A stretch of DNA of 64,000 nt. Origin: Parcubacteria group bacterium (GTDB taxonomy: Bacteria; Patescibacteriota; Minisyncoccia; Moranbacterales; GCA-2747515). Where the stretch lies: contig JBAZXC010000001.1 in the NCBI GenBank assembly GCA_041660065.1, positions 8,535 to 72,534 on the forward strand, in the 5' to 3' direction. The notes beneath the pieces were generated by a model that worked only from the letters and a program-made list of their open reading frames with translations, searched no databases and had not been told where the DNA came from. The translations under genes and the position numbers were made by a program. This document shows, in pieces, positions 47,873 through 57,999 of this stretch; position 1 is the stretch's first letter; the number at the start of each line of letters is the position of its first letter.

Positions 47873-49468
47873 ATGATTAAAATATCAAATGTGTTTTTTA
47901 TGGTTCAAAAAAACAATCGAACAGTCTTCATGGCGGTTATCGTGATCTTTTGTGTAGCTTTTTTTCTTCGTTTTTATCATATTGATGTGACACCGCCGGG
48001 AATCTACCCTGATGAAGCAGTTAACGGGCAGGATGCGCTCAAGGTGTTGGACGGCGCGCCGTGGCAATGGTTTTATACGGACAATCAGGGGCGAGAAGGG
48101 TTATTTATGAATCTTGTGGCAATGAGTTTTGCACTTTTTGGTGTAAGTGTAATGTCACTCAAATTGCCAGCGATCATCTGTGGATCCTTGACCGTTGTGG
48201 GTACATTCTTTCTTTCACGGGAGATCTTTCGCAGTGATCGCATTGCACTCGTCGCAATGGCGTTCAATGCAGTTGCTTTTACAGCAGTCAATTTTAGCCG
48301 TATCTCATTTCGCGCTAATATGTTGCCACTCGTTTTGGTATGGTCATTTTATTTTCTTTATAAGGGTTTACATTCCCGAAAATATCTCGATTTTGTGATT
48401 GCTGGCGCAATCTTTGGAGTGGGAATGCACACATACATCGCATTTCGGATCGCACCGCTTATCCTTATTTTTTTGTTGCCATTTCTCATACTTGCACGTG
48501 AGAGTTTTTTGCGAGAGTATTGGCGCTTACTTGGCACATTTATGATGAGCTTTTTGATCGTTACTGCCCCGATGTTCTATACGTTTTGGGCGCATCCGGA
48601 ATATTTCGATTCACGGGCGGAACACGTTTTTGTGTTTTCATCCGCGGTCAATCAAGGACATCCGATAAAAATATTTATGAGGAGTTTTTTGCTCAGCGTT
48701 GCCAAATACACTTTTGTCAGTGATTTGAATTGGCGGAATAATTATCCGCCGTATCCGCTTCTCGATCCAGCAACGGGTGCGTTTTTTCTCGGAGGATTCT
48801 TCTATGTGGTTTACAAAAGTGGTCGATCGATTTATCGCCGTGTGAAATATTTTGTGCGAAGTGATGATATGGTCATCTATCCATTTCTTGTATTTTGGTT
48901 CTTTGCGATGCTTGCGCCGGAATTTCTTACGTATGAGAGTAATCCACATGCATTGCGATCGATCGGTGCGCTTCCTATGGTGTATATTACTGCAGCATTG
49001 TGTACCAGTGTATTGTATGAGCATATGTTGCGTGCATATTCCGGGAAAAAGTTTACCATAAGGAAAGCGTTGTTATATGGTGCAATTGTCTTTGCACTGC
49101 TCTTCAATCCGATCAAATATTTCGGATTTTGGGCGTATCATCCGCTTACGGCGATTTATTTTGAAAAGGACATCACGCAATTGGCTCACGATATTCAAAA
49201 GGTTCCCACGGATCGTGACGTGGTGGTGATTTTGGGGAATATGCAACGCGTACCTGTGCGCATGTTCAACTGGGGTAGGCCGAATTACACGGACTTTAAT
49301 CCGTTTGAGCTGGATAAGATCGTCTTATCTGATCCGCACAATACAACATTTTTCTTTTCTGATTTTCACAAGGAGGAGATCCTTGCAAAACTTATGGCGC
49401 AGTACCCGTATATGCAATTGCATGAGGTGGTAAATGATATAGGACAGAAGTATTATGTCTTGCAATGA
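47873..49468 (+). CDS. GT39/GT83 (PMT/ArnT-like) membrane glycosyltransferase
   Basis: LRFY....PPG.YPDE, GRE, SR..FR, TY.A.R. Confidence 0.82.
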   Translation: MIKISNVFFMVQKNNRTVFMAVIVIFCVAFFLRFYHIDVTPPGIYPDEAVNGQDALKVLDGAPWQWFYTDNQGREGLFMNLVAMSFALFGVSVMSLKLPAIICGSLTVVGTFFLSREIFRSDRIALVAMAFNAVAFTAVNFSRISFRANMLPLVLVWSFYFLYKGLHSRKYLDFVIAGAIFGVGMHTYIAFRIAPLILIFLLPFLILARESFLREYWRLLGTFMMSFLIVTAPMFYTFWAHPEYFDSRAEHVFVFSSAVNQGHPIKIFMRSFLLSVAKYTFVSDLNWRNNYPPYPLLDPATGAFFLGGFFYVVYKSGRSIYRRVKYFVRSDDMVIYPFLVFWFFAMLAPEFLTYESNPHALRSIGALPMVYITAALCTSVLYEHMLRAYSGKKFTIRKALLYGAIVFALLFNPIKYFGFWAYHPLTAIYFEKDITQLAHDIQKVPTDRDVVVILGNMQRVPVRMFNWGRPNYTDFNPFELDKIVLSDPHNTTFFFSDFHKEEILAKLMAQYPYMQLHEVVNDIGQKYYVLQ

Positions 49469-49555
49469 TTCTAAGGCGTGATATGCTGGAAGTAGTTAAA
49501 GAGTTAACGAATTAGTGAATTAACGAATTTCAGTATTGAGCTGAAAAATATCGAT

Positions 49556-50506
49556 ATGGATAACAACAATAGTGTAAAAGTAGATGTTTCTGTGGTGGTG
49601 CCACTGTATAATGAAGAGGGTAATGTGCGTGAATTACATAAGAAGATCGTGGATGCATGTAATGCGCTGGGAAAGACGTGTGAGGTCATTTTTGTAGATG
49701 ATGGATCAAGTGATGGGACGGTTGCGCAGTGCGCAGATCTGTCGCCATTGACATTGATTCGGTTGCGAAAGAATTTTGGTCAGACGGCGGCATTTGATGC
49801 AGGATTCAAGCAGGCACAGGGTAGGGTGATCGTAACTATGGATGGTGACCTGCAAAATGATCCGACAGATATTGTAACGATCCTCGCAAAGATGGATGAG
49901 GGGTATGATGTTGTCTCAGGATGGCGGTTTGAACGCAAGGATCCACTTAGTAAAAAGATCTTTTCTCGTGGTGCCGACAAACTGCGCAAGATCCTTCTCA
50001 AGGATTCAATCCATGATTCCGGTTGCAGTCTCAAAGCATATAATGCCGAGGCACTCAAAAGTGTGGATCTTTTTGGGGAGATGCATCGATTTATTCCAGC
50101 ACTTTTGGAGTTGGATGGGTACACGGTTGGCGAGGTAAAAGTCAGTCATCATCCGCGCATACACGGAGTGACAAAATATAATTGGAAACGTTCAGTCAAG
50201 GGATTGGTGGATATGATCTCGATCTGGTTTTGGCGAAAGTATGCATCGCGACCTCTGCATTTTTTTGGTGGAAGCGGGATCATTTTGATCGGACTTGGCT
50301 TTGTAATTCTTATGTGGATGGCTATGGAAAAGATTTTTCTTGATGCGTCGATTTCTGACCGCATTTGGCCACTCATGGGTGTATTTTCCATCATACTTGG
50401 TGTGCAATTCTTTGCATTTGGTCTTTTGGCGGATATTGTGATCAAAACGTACTATAAAGCGCGTGGACGCATGAATTACACGGTGCGAAATACGACAACA
50501 AAATAG
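49556..50506 (+). CDS. Undecaprenyl-phosphate glycosyltransferase (ArnC/GtrB-like GT2)
   Basis: VVPLYNEE, RKNFGQTAA..AG, MDGDLQNDP, GEMHRFIP; two C-terminal TM helices. Confidence 0.92.
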   Translation: MDNNNSVKVDVSVVVPLYNEEGNVRELHKKIVDACNALGKTCEVIFVDDGSSDGTVAQCADLSPLTLIRLRKNFGQTAAFDAGFKQAQGRVIVTMDGDLQNDPTDIVTILAKMDEGYDVVSGWRFERKDPLSKKIFSRGADKLRKILLKDSIHDSGCSLKAYNAEALKSVDLFGEMHRFIPALLELDGYTVGEVKVSHHPRIHGVTKYNWKRSVKGLVDMISIWFWRKYASRPLHFFGGSGIILIGLGFVILMWMAMEKIFLDASISDRIWPLMGVFSIILGVQFFAFGLLADIVIKTYYKARGRMNYTVRNTTTK

Positions 50507-50623
50507 CATTTTGCGCGTTTTTGTGATTTGTTCTATACTGAGCGGAGTTCTTTAAATGACTAAAGATCATGTATATTTTTGTTCTTCATGCGATATATCC
50601 ATACAAGATAAAGGAGAGAAAAA

Positions 50624-51937
50624 ATGAAGATCGTGATGATAGGAGCGGGATATGTTGGATTGGTGACGGGCGCATGTTTCGCAGAATTTGGCCATGACGT
50701 AAAATGTGTGGACACTGATGAGGACAAGATCGCACAGATCTTGCGCGGTGAAATGCCGATCTTTGAGCCGGGATTGGAAGATCTGGTAAAAAAGAATATT
50801 GCGCAAAAACGCCTGGGATTTGTTACTGATATGGCGCTTGTCGTGCCGGAAGCTGATGCGGTTTTTATCGCCGTTGGGACGCCGAGTAGTCGTCGTGGCG
50901 ATGGTCATGCGGATCTGAGTTATGTTTATGATGCGGCGCGCAATATTGCAAAATATCTGCAGGGCTATACGGTTGTTGTTAACAAAAGTACGGTGCCGGT
51001 TGGCACAGCGGTGCAAGTAAAGCGGATCATTGGTGAGGTTGCGCCACAAGTACGCTGTGATGTTGCATCAAATCCGGAATTTCTGCGCGAAGGGGCGGCA
51101 ATCAAGGATTTCATGCATCCTGACAGAATTGTGATCGGTGTGGATTCCGATCAAGCAGAACAATATCTGCGTATGGTCTATAAACCGATCAATTTGACAG
51201 AAACCCCTTTATCGGTAGTGGACATTGCCACTGCAGAAATGATCAAGTATTCTGCCAACGCTTTTTTAGCCGTCAAGGTCAGTTTTATCAATGAGATCGC
51301 GCGACTGTGTGATGAAGTTGGTGCTGATGTGGTGAAGGTTGCAAAAGGCATCGGCATGGATAGACGGATCGGTAAAAAATTTCTCCATCCCGGACCCGGA
51401 TATGGTGGATCGTGTTTCCCCAAAGATGCAAAGGCACTTTGTGCTATTGCGCAGGAACATGGTGTGCCCTTGCGGATCGTTGGAGCGGCAATCGAGGCAA
51501 ATAACTCTCAGAAAGCGCTCATGGTCAAAAAGATCCGTGATGCGCTTGGCGGAAGTGAAGCAGGTAAAAGGATTGCGATCCTTGGATTGGCATTTAAACC
51601 GGATACAGATGACATGCGGGACGCACCGGTATTGACGATCATTCCCGCGCTTGTGGAGAAGGGAGCGATCATTTATGCGCATGATCCGCAGGCGATGATA
51701 GAGGCAAAAAAGTATCTGCCTTGGGAGGTTGAGTATTATCCGGATCCCTATGAAACATGCAGGGGTGCACATGCTGTTGTGATTATGACCGAGTGGAATG
51801 AGTTTCGGGCGTTGGATCTGGAACGTTTACGTTTGTCTATGGAACCGGATCCGGTTTTTATTGACTTGCGTAATGTCTATGTGCCAAACGATGTGCGGAT
51901 GTATGATTTCCGTTATGTCGGTGTTGGGCGCAATTAA
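50624..51937 (+). CDS. ugd: UDP-glucose 6-dehydrogenase
   Basis: IGAGYVGL, KSTVPVGT, SNPEFLREG, GYGGSCFPKD, GLAFKP.TDD.R. Confidence 0.95.
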   Translation: MKIVMIGAGYVGLVTGACFAEFGHDVKCVDTDEDKIAQILRGEMPIFEPGLEDLVKKNIAQKRLGFVTDMALVVPEADAVFIAVGTPSSRRGDGHADLSYVYDAARNIAKYLQGYTVVVNKSTVPVGTAVQVKRIIGEVAPQVRCDVASNPEFLREGAAIKDFMHPDRIVIGVDSDQAEQYLRMVYKPINLTETPLSVVDIATAEMIKYSANAFLAVKVSFINEIARLCDEVGADVVKVAKGIGMDRRIGKKFLHPGPGYGGSCFPKDAKALCAIAQEHGVPLRIVGAAIEANNSQKALMVKKIRDALGGSEAGKRIAILGLAFKPDTDDMRDAPVLTIIPALVEKGAIIYAHDPQAMIEAKKYLPWEVEYYPDPYETCRGAHAVVIMTEWNEFRALDLERLRLSMEPDPVFIDLRNVYVPNDVRMYDFRYVGVGRN

Positions 51938-51951
51938 GTGTTTATCCTCTA

Positions 51952-51995
51952 CAATTACCGAGAACTGCAATGGCAGTTTTCGGTAATTTTTTTTT
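51952..51995 (+). terminator. Rho-independent terminator
   Basis: AATTACCGAGAACTGC-AATG-GCAGTTTTCGGTAATT followed by a T run. Confidence 0.75.
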
Positions 51996-52012
51996 CATGT
52001 ATAATGTATAAT

Positions 52013-53170
52013 ATGAAAAAAGTATTGTTTTTCAATTACGAATACCCGCCTCTTGGCGGTGGTGCGGCCAATGCGACCAAATATATCTTGCGGGAATATG
52101 CGCGTAGCAATGATGTGTCGGTTGACCTCATCACATCGTCGATTGGTCGGAAATATCACAGTGAACATATCGGCGGGCAGATCACGATCCATTTTTTGCC
52201 GATTGGCAAAAAAGAGGGACAATTGAATTATCAGACCAAATGGCAATTGATCACATATACATGGAGAGCATATTTTTTTGCGCGCAAACTGATGCACAAA
52301 AATGTGTATGATCTGACGCATAGTTTTTTCGGTGTGCCATGCGGTGTGATTTCTCTTCTCATTAAAAAGCAATACAAAATTCCTTACGTTGTATCTTTGC
52401 GTGGTGCGGATGTGCCGGGGTATAGTGAGCGATTTATGAACTTGTATAGTATTTTGACTCCGGTCATTCATTACGTGTGGCGAGAGGCAAAATATGTAGT
52501 GACAAATAGTAGGGGACTTACGGAATTGGCGCGAAAAAGTGCACCAGAGCAAAAATTTCTTCAGATCGCCAATGGTGTTGATACGCATTTCTATACGCCG
52601 GGCTTGCGCACTCTCGCTGATCGCAAAAAGGAATTCCGCATCCTTTTAGCGTCGCGGCTCTCTCGGAGAAAGGGGTTTAACTATGCGATTGACGCGTTTG
52701 TGGAACTTTTTGATCTGTATCCGCATATCCGCATGCGCATTGCTGGCGGCGAGGGAAATGCCATGGAAGAATTAAAGGCGCAGGTAAAAAAATATCGCTT
52801 GGACGGGCGCGTGGTATTTACCGGATTATATACAAAAGATCAATCGCCACAAATTTACTGTGATGCGGATGTATTTGTCATGCCATCGCTTAACGAAGGG
52901 ATGAGCAATAATTTGCTGGAAGCTCTTGCTGCGGGATTACCTGTTCTGATGACGCCGACAGGCGGGGCGGAGGAGCTGGTACGCGACGGAGAGAACGGCT
53001 ATCTCATCAAAATGCATGATGTGGCATCAATTGTTGAGAAATTGAAGATCCTTATCGAAAATCCGGAGGTGTGTGACGGATTTGGTCATGCGAGCCGCAC
53101 AATTGCCGAACAAATGAGTTGGGAACACGTTGCAGAACAATATAAACATCTGTATCACACAATGTCATGA
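52013..53170 (+). CDS. Glycosyltransferase family 4
   Basis: NYEYPPLGGG, SLRG.DVPG, NGVD, RL..RKG, PS.NEG..N.LLEA.A.GLP. Confidence 0.92.
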   Translation: MKKVLFFNYEYPPLGGGAANATKYILREYARSNDVSVDLITSSIGRKYHSEHIGGQITIHFLPIGKKEGQLNYQTKWQLITYTWRAYFFARKLMHKNVYDLTHSFFGVPCGVISLLIKKQYKIPYVVSLRGADVPGYSERFMNLYSILTPVIHYVWREAKYVVTNSRGLTELARKSAPEQKFLQIANGVDTHFYTPGLRTLADRKKEFRILLASRLSRRKGFNYAIDAFVELFDLYPHIRMRIAGGEGNAMEELKAQVKKYRLDGRVVFTGLYTKDQSPQIYCDADVFVMPSLNEGMSNNLLEALAAGLPVLMTPTGGAEELVRDGENGYLIKMHDVASIVEKLKILIENPEVCDGFGHASRTIAEQMSWEHVAEQYKHLYHTMS

Positions 53171-54117
53171 AAAAACGCATCAAAAAATACATAAAGATCA
53201 TGGGAAAGATTTTTATAACCGGTGTCCTGGTTTATTTCTTGGTGAGAAATGTCGATTGGGCGGAAGTTTGGGGATATTTTCTTTCAATGGATCCGTGGCT
53301 TGTTATAGTATCCATAGTCTTTTATATTGGCGGACTTATGATCAGCGCGCAAAAATGGCGCGTTTTGGCCAGACATCTTTCTTTTGAGAAGGACTTTCTT
53401 TTTTATATGCAGACATATATATTTGGGACATTTTTGAATAATTTTTTCCCGTCATTCGTAGGGGGTGATACCTATCGAACATTTGCGCTTGGCAAAAAAG
53501 AAAAAAGGCTGAAAGCCGCTTCTGCGACCGTTGTTGTTGATCGCATCTCAGGATTATTTGGCACGATCATTCTGGCTGTTTTATGCAGTGCTTTCAGTAT
53601 GCGAGAGATCATGTATGGTGTCGTCGTTTTTTGGATAGTGTGCGGTTTCAGTGCCTTCTTGGCAGTTAGCGGTTTTTTGATCATTTTTTATCATGCAAAA
53701 TATGTGCAAGCTGTCATGCGTTGTATGCCACGCTATGTGATCGCGTATGTAAATATTTTGTTACGCTTTCGCAGGCGTCATATTGGAGCGATGTCACTCT
53801 TATATGTTTTTGCCTTTGCCTTTGTGGGTGTTGCATGTGCAAATTACACGCTTTTTCTCGCAATGGGCGTACAGTTGTCTTTTGTTAATTTTATAAGCGT
53901 TGTTTTTCTTACAAATATTATTGCTGCTGCGCCAATAAGTATCGGCAATATTGGTACGAAGGAGTGGGCATATGTTTTTTTGTTTGGATTGTTTGGTGTT
54001 TCCAGCAGTGCGGCAGTCGCTGTTGTGCTTTTGTCTCGTGTGATACAGATGATGATTAGCTTTGCCGGGATTCCATTTTTTTTGCAAGAGAGGAAAAAGA
54101 TGCAGGAGGGGATTTGA
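53167..54117 (+). CDS. Lysylphosphatidylglycerol synthase TM / UPF0104 flippase-like protein
   Basis: W..L, G.F.NNF.PS.VGGD.YR, V.DR..GL, PIS...IG..E. Confidence 0.85.
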   Translation: MKKRIKKYIKIMGKIFITGVLVYFLVRNVDWAEVWGYFLSMDPWLVIVSIVFYIGGLMISAQKWRVLARHLSFEKDFLFYMQTYIFGTFLNNFFPSFVGGDTYRTFALGKKEKRLKAASATVVVDRISGLFGTIILAVLCSAFSMREIMYGVVVFWIVCGFSAFLAVSGFLIIFYHAKYVQAVMRCMPRYVIAYVNILLRFRRRHIGAMSLLYVFAFAFVGVACANYTLFLAMGVQLSFVNFISVVFLTNIIAAAPISIGNIGTKEWAYVFLFGLFGVSSSAAVAVVLLSRVIQMMISFAGIPFFLQERKKMQEGI

Positions 54118-54239
54118 CAATTTACGAGAGAAAGCGTACGTTATCGTGTAGCTGTAAGTTCATTTATTATTGTATAACAAAAATCGTAGGTCGGAGATGC
54201 TCGTGCGTTGATTCTACAAAAACACACACGGAGGATACT

Positions 54240-54642
54240 ATGGGGAAAAAATAGGCGTTTTTGTGTAGGAGATGTAATTGCAAATGGTGCAGATCCGCGA
54301 CAGAAGAATTTCTGTTGCGGGAGCATTCGGTCTTTTGCGGATGAGGGCTATTGGGTTACAACGCCAGGCGGTGTTGGAGCTGGTACTGTCAGAGTGACAG
54401 ACAAGGATGCGATCGATCTTACTGTGATTCTTTTGGAAAATTGTGACGTTGAGATTATCGCAGACATTCGCTATCTCAACAGAGATCATAAATTGTTTTT
54501 TGGCGGTGTTGTTGACCAAAAATTTTCCTCTCCTGGTAGAGTTTGTATTGCAAATGCTTATGGGAGTGCATACATTGATCGTGCGCATGCCATTGGAGGA
54601 CAGGAAGCAATGCATATGATCTTTGGACGATGTCCGCGTTGA
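54240..54642 (+). CDS. Hypothetical protein, probably frameshifted right after its start
   Basis: GGAGG RBS then ATG GGG AAA AAA TAG; the long frame continues one base over; hairpin terminator at 54660-54692. Confidence 0.45.
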
Positions 54643-54742
54643 TTTTTTGTAAATATCAAACCAGTCATAGAAATTGTATGACTGGTTTTTTTGTGATATA
54701 ATCGTTGTGTAATAAAAAATAATCATTAAACAAAAAAACAAT

Positions 54743-55024
54743 ATGAAAAGCGGACACTATATGGCGATCTTTATTGTGATCGTTGTGATCGTTGCCGGCG
54801 CGATCATTTTTAATGCGCGAACGATCAATGATATTCCTAATGATGTGGCAACGATAAAGTCGCAACCAGAACAAAATGGGAAAGATGTTGTGGCAGAGCA
54901 AAAACCGATCAATGTCATGAAGGATGCTGATATAGAATTTGATGCAGAAGATACAGCTACTGATGAGAGTGTGGATTTCAGCGATGTGGAGAATGTGATG
55001 CCAGAAGAAAATGTTGCATTTTAA
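54743..55024 (+). CDS. Small membrane-anchored acidic protein
   Basis: N-terminal TM, Asp/Glu-rich tail. Confidence 0.65.
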   Translation: MKSGHYMAIFIVIVVIVAGAIIFNARTINDIPNDVATIKSQPEQNGKDVVAEQKPINVMKDADIEFDAEDTATDESVDFSDVENVMPEENVAF

Positions 55025-55053
55025 TAGATCATTCAATTATTAAAAAATATTAT

Positions 55054-55920
55054 ATGAAAAAAACAATTATCATATCGGGCATTGCATTTTCGGCAATTAT
55101 TGCAACGCAATCCGTGTATGCTGTTGCCGGCAATGCTGATGATCGTGCCGCTATGCGTGCAGACAAGCAAACAGAAATCGCCGATAAGAAGGCAGACAAG
55201 CAAACAGAAATCGCAGACAAGAAAGCGGAAAAGATCTGCAATAGGATCACCGCGCGCGTTGAGAATATGCGAGAAAAAACGGTAAATCGAGAGCAATTGG
55301 GATTGGAAAAAGTCACTGAGAAATTGGCACAGGTCAAAGAGCGACGTACCGTACGGCATGAAGAATTGGTACAACGTCGTGCGATGCGCGATGCACAACG
55401 CCAAAAATTCTATGACGCACTCATGACACAGGCGACAACTGCAGAGCAAAAAGAAGCGGTGAAGCATTTTGAAACAACGATAGAAGATGCAGTGACAGTG
55501 CGTCGTGCCGCAATCGATTTGGCGACCAAAAATATGCAAGATGCTGTGGATGCACTTGTTGTAGAGAAGCAAAATACAATTGAAAAATTGTTTGCAGATT
55601 ACAAGACATCGGAGGAGGCGGCATTTGCAAAAGCGGAAAGCGCATGCAGCGATACATCGACAGAAACGGATCTCAAATCAATTGCAAAGACATTGAATGC
55701 GGAGTTAAAAGACGCACGAGAAACCTTTAAAGCCGGAGTTCGTGAAACACGCACGATGGGTACAGAAATTCAAAAACTTGCAGAGACCAAGAGAGTGGCT
55801 GTGCAAACAGCAGTCAACGCATTCAAAGAAGTCGTGCAACAAGCACGCATTGAATTGCAAAAAGTATTTGGCGGAACGATCAATGTGGATACTGATACCG
55901 ATATGGAAGCAGGTGAATAG
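55054..55920 (+). CDS. Secreted long alpha-helical / coiled-coil protein
   Basis: Signal peptide (..VYA); A/K/E/R-rich; 33-bp tandem duplication at 55159-55224. Confidence 0.75.
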   Translation: MKKTIIISGIAFSAIIATQSVYAVAGNADDRAAMRADKQTEIADKKADKQTEIADKKAEKICNRITARVENMREKTVNREQLGLEKVTEKLAQVKERRTVRHEELVQRRAMRDAQRQKFYDALMTQATTAEQKEAVKHFETTIEDAVTVRRAAIDLATKNMQDAVDALVVEKQNTIEKLFADYKTSEEAAFAKAESACSDTSTETDLKSIAKTLNAELKDARETFKAGVRETRTMGTEIQKLAETKRVAVQTAVNAFKEVVQQARIELQKVFGGTINVDTDTDMEAGE

Positions 55921-55932
55921 ATCATTGTGAAC

Positions 55933-55972
55933 AATGCCCAAACCCTTGTCTTTTCAACGGTTTGGGCATTTT
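55933..55972. terminator. Terminator hairpin between convergent genes
   Basis: AATGCCCAAACC...GGTTTGGGCATTTT. Confidence 0.75.
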
Positions 55973-56019
55973 GTATTTTATGGGAAATACAGAAAAATAT
56001 TGTTTTTATAATAAGTATT

Positions 56020-57999
56020 TTATTTTTTTGCAAAAGGAATGATGATGATGTAGTTGTCCGGACGGTCGTTGATATTTAGTCGCCATGCCGGATGGGCAAA
56101 TGTTTCCGCGCTGTAATAGAAATCTCGATCAACTTTTTTCTGAGAGTCGGTGGTTGTGATCAAGAATGGTTTGTGGATGACCCCACGGCGCGTAAAGACG
56201 AAATAACCAATATCCGTGTGATCCAGGTCGATCGTGATAGGACTGATGCACTTGCCGATAAAGAATTCACAAAGTCCGTCATGGTCAGACCACACGATCA
56301 AGTCACGCGCATTGGGCAGTGTATTGAGATACATCGCGGCCTCATATACGCCATATCCCCACGAATCAGTGACGGTGTATTTTTTTGGCAAGAGGATACT
56401 TTCGTAATTGAATAAATACGGTGCGCTGCCAAAGAGAGCAATGCTTTGCATGATGATAATGATAGCGAGGAGTATAGGAAATTCTTTTTTATTATGAAAT
56501 TTTTGCGGTAAGACGTCGTGTAACATATGGGTCAGTATAATTGCAGCAAGGACAGCATAAGGCACATAAAGCATGAGACCATAGCGCACATTGACAAAGA
56601 TGTCTGATAGTATACCACCACCGACAAATATGATTGTTGCAATAAACGGGAAATATACCATGGGTTGATGCGGAATTTTTTTGTTCCACAAAAGAAAAAC
56701 GGCTGTACATATGCTTAGCAGAAGAACAAGCGGATGCAAAGAAAAGATCACGTTTTGCATTTGAATTGCAATTGCAAAAAGTGTGTGAAGTGGTTCACTG
56801 TATTGTGCCAATTGCGGAAATGATAGTTTTTCAAGTTGTTGTGATGATTCCTTGATGTTTTCAAGAGGAAAAAACGGGGTTCTTGTCCACGCATTGATCA
56901 GTGAAATACTGATGATCGCAATGTACAGTACAAGTATTGTCTTGAGGATAATGTGTGTCGTTTTTTTGAAACGTGTGGTGAGCCATGCACCGATGAAAGG
57001 AAGGATAATGGTCAAAATTCCAAAAACGATCATTGATAACAGGAAAAGAGGAATTGTGCGAAAATCATCTTTGGCGGTAAAAAAAAGATCGTGTGAATGT
57101 GAGAGGGAGATAAAAGGATTGGCGAGTACGGAGAGAACGGGGGAATAAATCGTGCCGTAGAGGAAGTGTGCGGGATTTTGGATCGTTGCCGGCAAAAAGA
57201 GTGCATAGAGCAGCCATGACGAAAAAGCAATTGTGGCAATCGCTTTGACATAGGACAGGAAGGAAATTATTTTTTCGCTGTAAAATGTGTGAAGCACAAA
57301 TATGATCGGATAAAAAACAAAGAGTAAATTCGCAGTGTATTTTGAGAGTAATGCACATCCTGTCGCGACAGCACAGATAAAAACAAATTTCTTTTGTCCG
57401 TGTGTGAGAAATGCATAAAAACTGATAAGAGCAATAGCAGAAGTGCCCCAAAGGATCGCGTCAGGGTTGATGATTTGGCTGATCCCAATGAGTATGGGAT
57501 TGAGCCCGATCAGAAGGATGGAGATCTGCGCAATGCGAATGCCAAAGGCTTTTAGTAGAAGATAAAACAAAAGCGGGAGAAGGATCAGCGCATTAAAAAG
57601 GAGGATTGGTGTGCGCAATGCGAAATTGATGCGTTCCGTCTGTTCTGTAAAAGAAACGTCATATAGTTTCACAGAATTTCCATCACTGTCAGTATATCGT
57701 GTGGACTCCTCCACTGCGATATTGCTGTGTCCTTGCGGATCCGGCGCAAAGGGTAAACCTAAACCGCTGAGCAGTGCAACGGTGATGCCAGGCTTGTCAT
57801 TGATGCGGGTTTTTTTCCAATCATTTTTTGTGATGCCGTCGTGGAGTCCCGTGTAATATTTTTGAATGCGATCGTATTTCCAAAAATGTTCGTCAGTTGT
57901 TTCAAATTTTGACAAGTGAAAAAATCCAAAGGCAACGAAACCGATCATTGCAACAAAAAGTGGGAGTGTAGCGAAAATTTTTTCTTTATTGAGATGCAT
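56020..57999 (-). CDS. GT-C-fold membrane glycosyltransferase (paralog of 57986-60229)
   Basis: TDE.FW, DKPGITVA, NPDA, LLSKY, R Y; more than 12 TM segments. Confidence 0.78.
   Translation of the reverse strand: MHLNKEKIFATLPLFVAMIGFVAFGFFHLSKFETTDEHFWKYDRIQKYYTGLHDGITKNDWKKTRINDKPGITVALLSGLGLPFAPDPQGHSNIAVEESTRYTDSDGNSVKLYDVSFTEQTERINFALRTPILLFNALILLPLLFYLLLKAFGIRIAQISILLIGLNPILIGISQIINPDAILWGTSAIALISFYAFLTHGQKKFVFICAVATGCALLSKYTANLLFVFYPIIFVLHTFYSEKIISFLSYVKAIATIAFSSWLLYALFLPATIQNPAHFLYGTIYSPVLSVLANPFISLSHSHDLFFTAKDDFRTIPLFLLSMIVFGILTIILPFIGAWLTTRFKKTTHIILKTILVLYIAIISISLINAWTRTPFFPLENIKESSQQLEKLSFPQLAQYSEPLHTLFAIAIQMQNVIFSLHPLVLLLSICTAVFLLWNKKIPHQPMVYFPFIATIIFVGGGILSDIFVNVRYGLMLYVPYAVLAAIILTHMLHDVLPQKFHNKKEFPILLAIIIIMQSIALFGSAPYLFNYESILLPKKYTVTDSWGYGVYEAAMYLNTLPNARDLIVWSDHDGLCEFFIGKCISPITIDLDHTDIGYFVFTRRGVIHKPFLITTTDSQKKVDRDFYYSAETFAHPAWRLNINDRPDNYIIIIPFAKK

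Noticed and set aside
54238-54741. 167-aa minus-strand ORF
   Set aside because: No RBS or motif; the plus strand has the RBS and terminator
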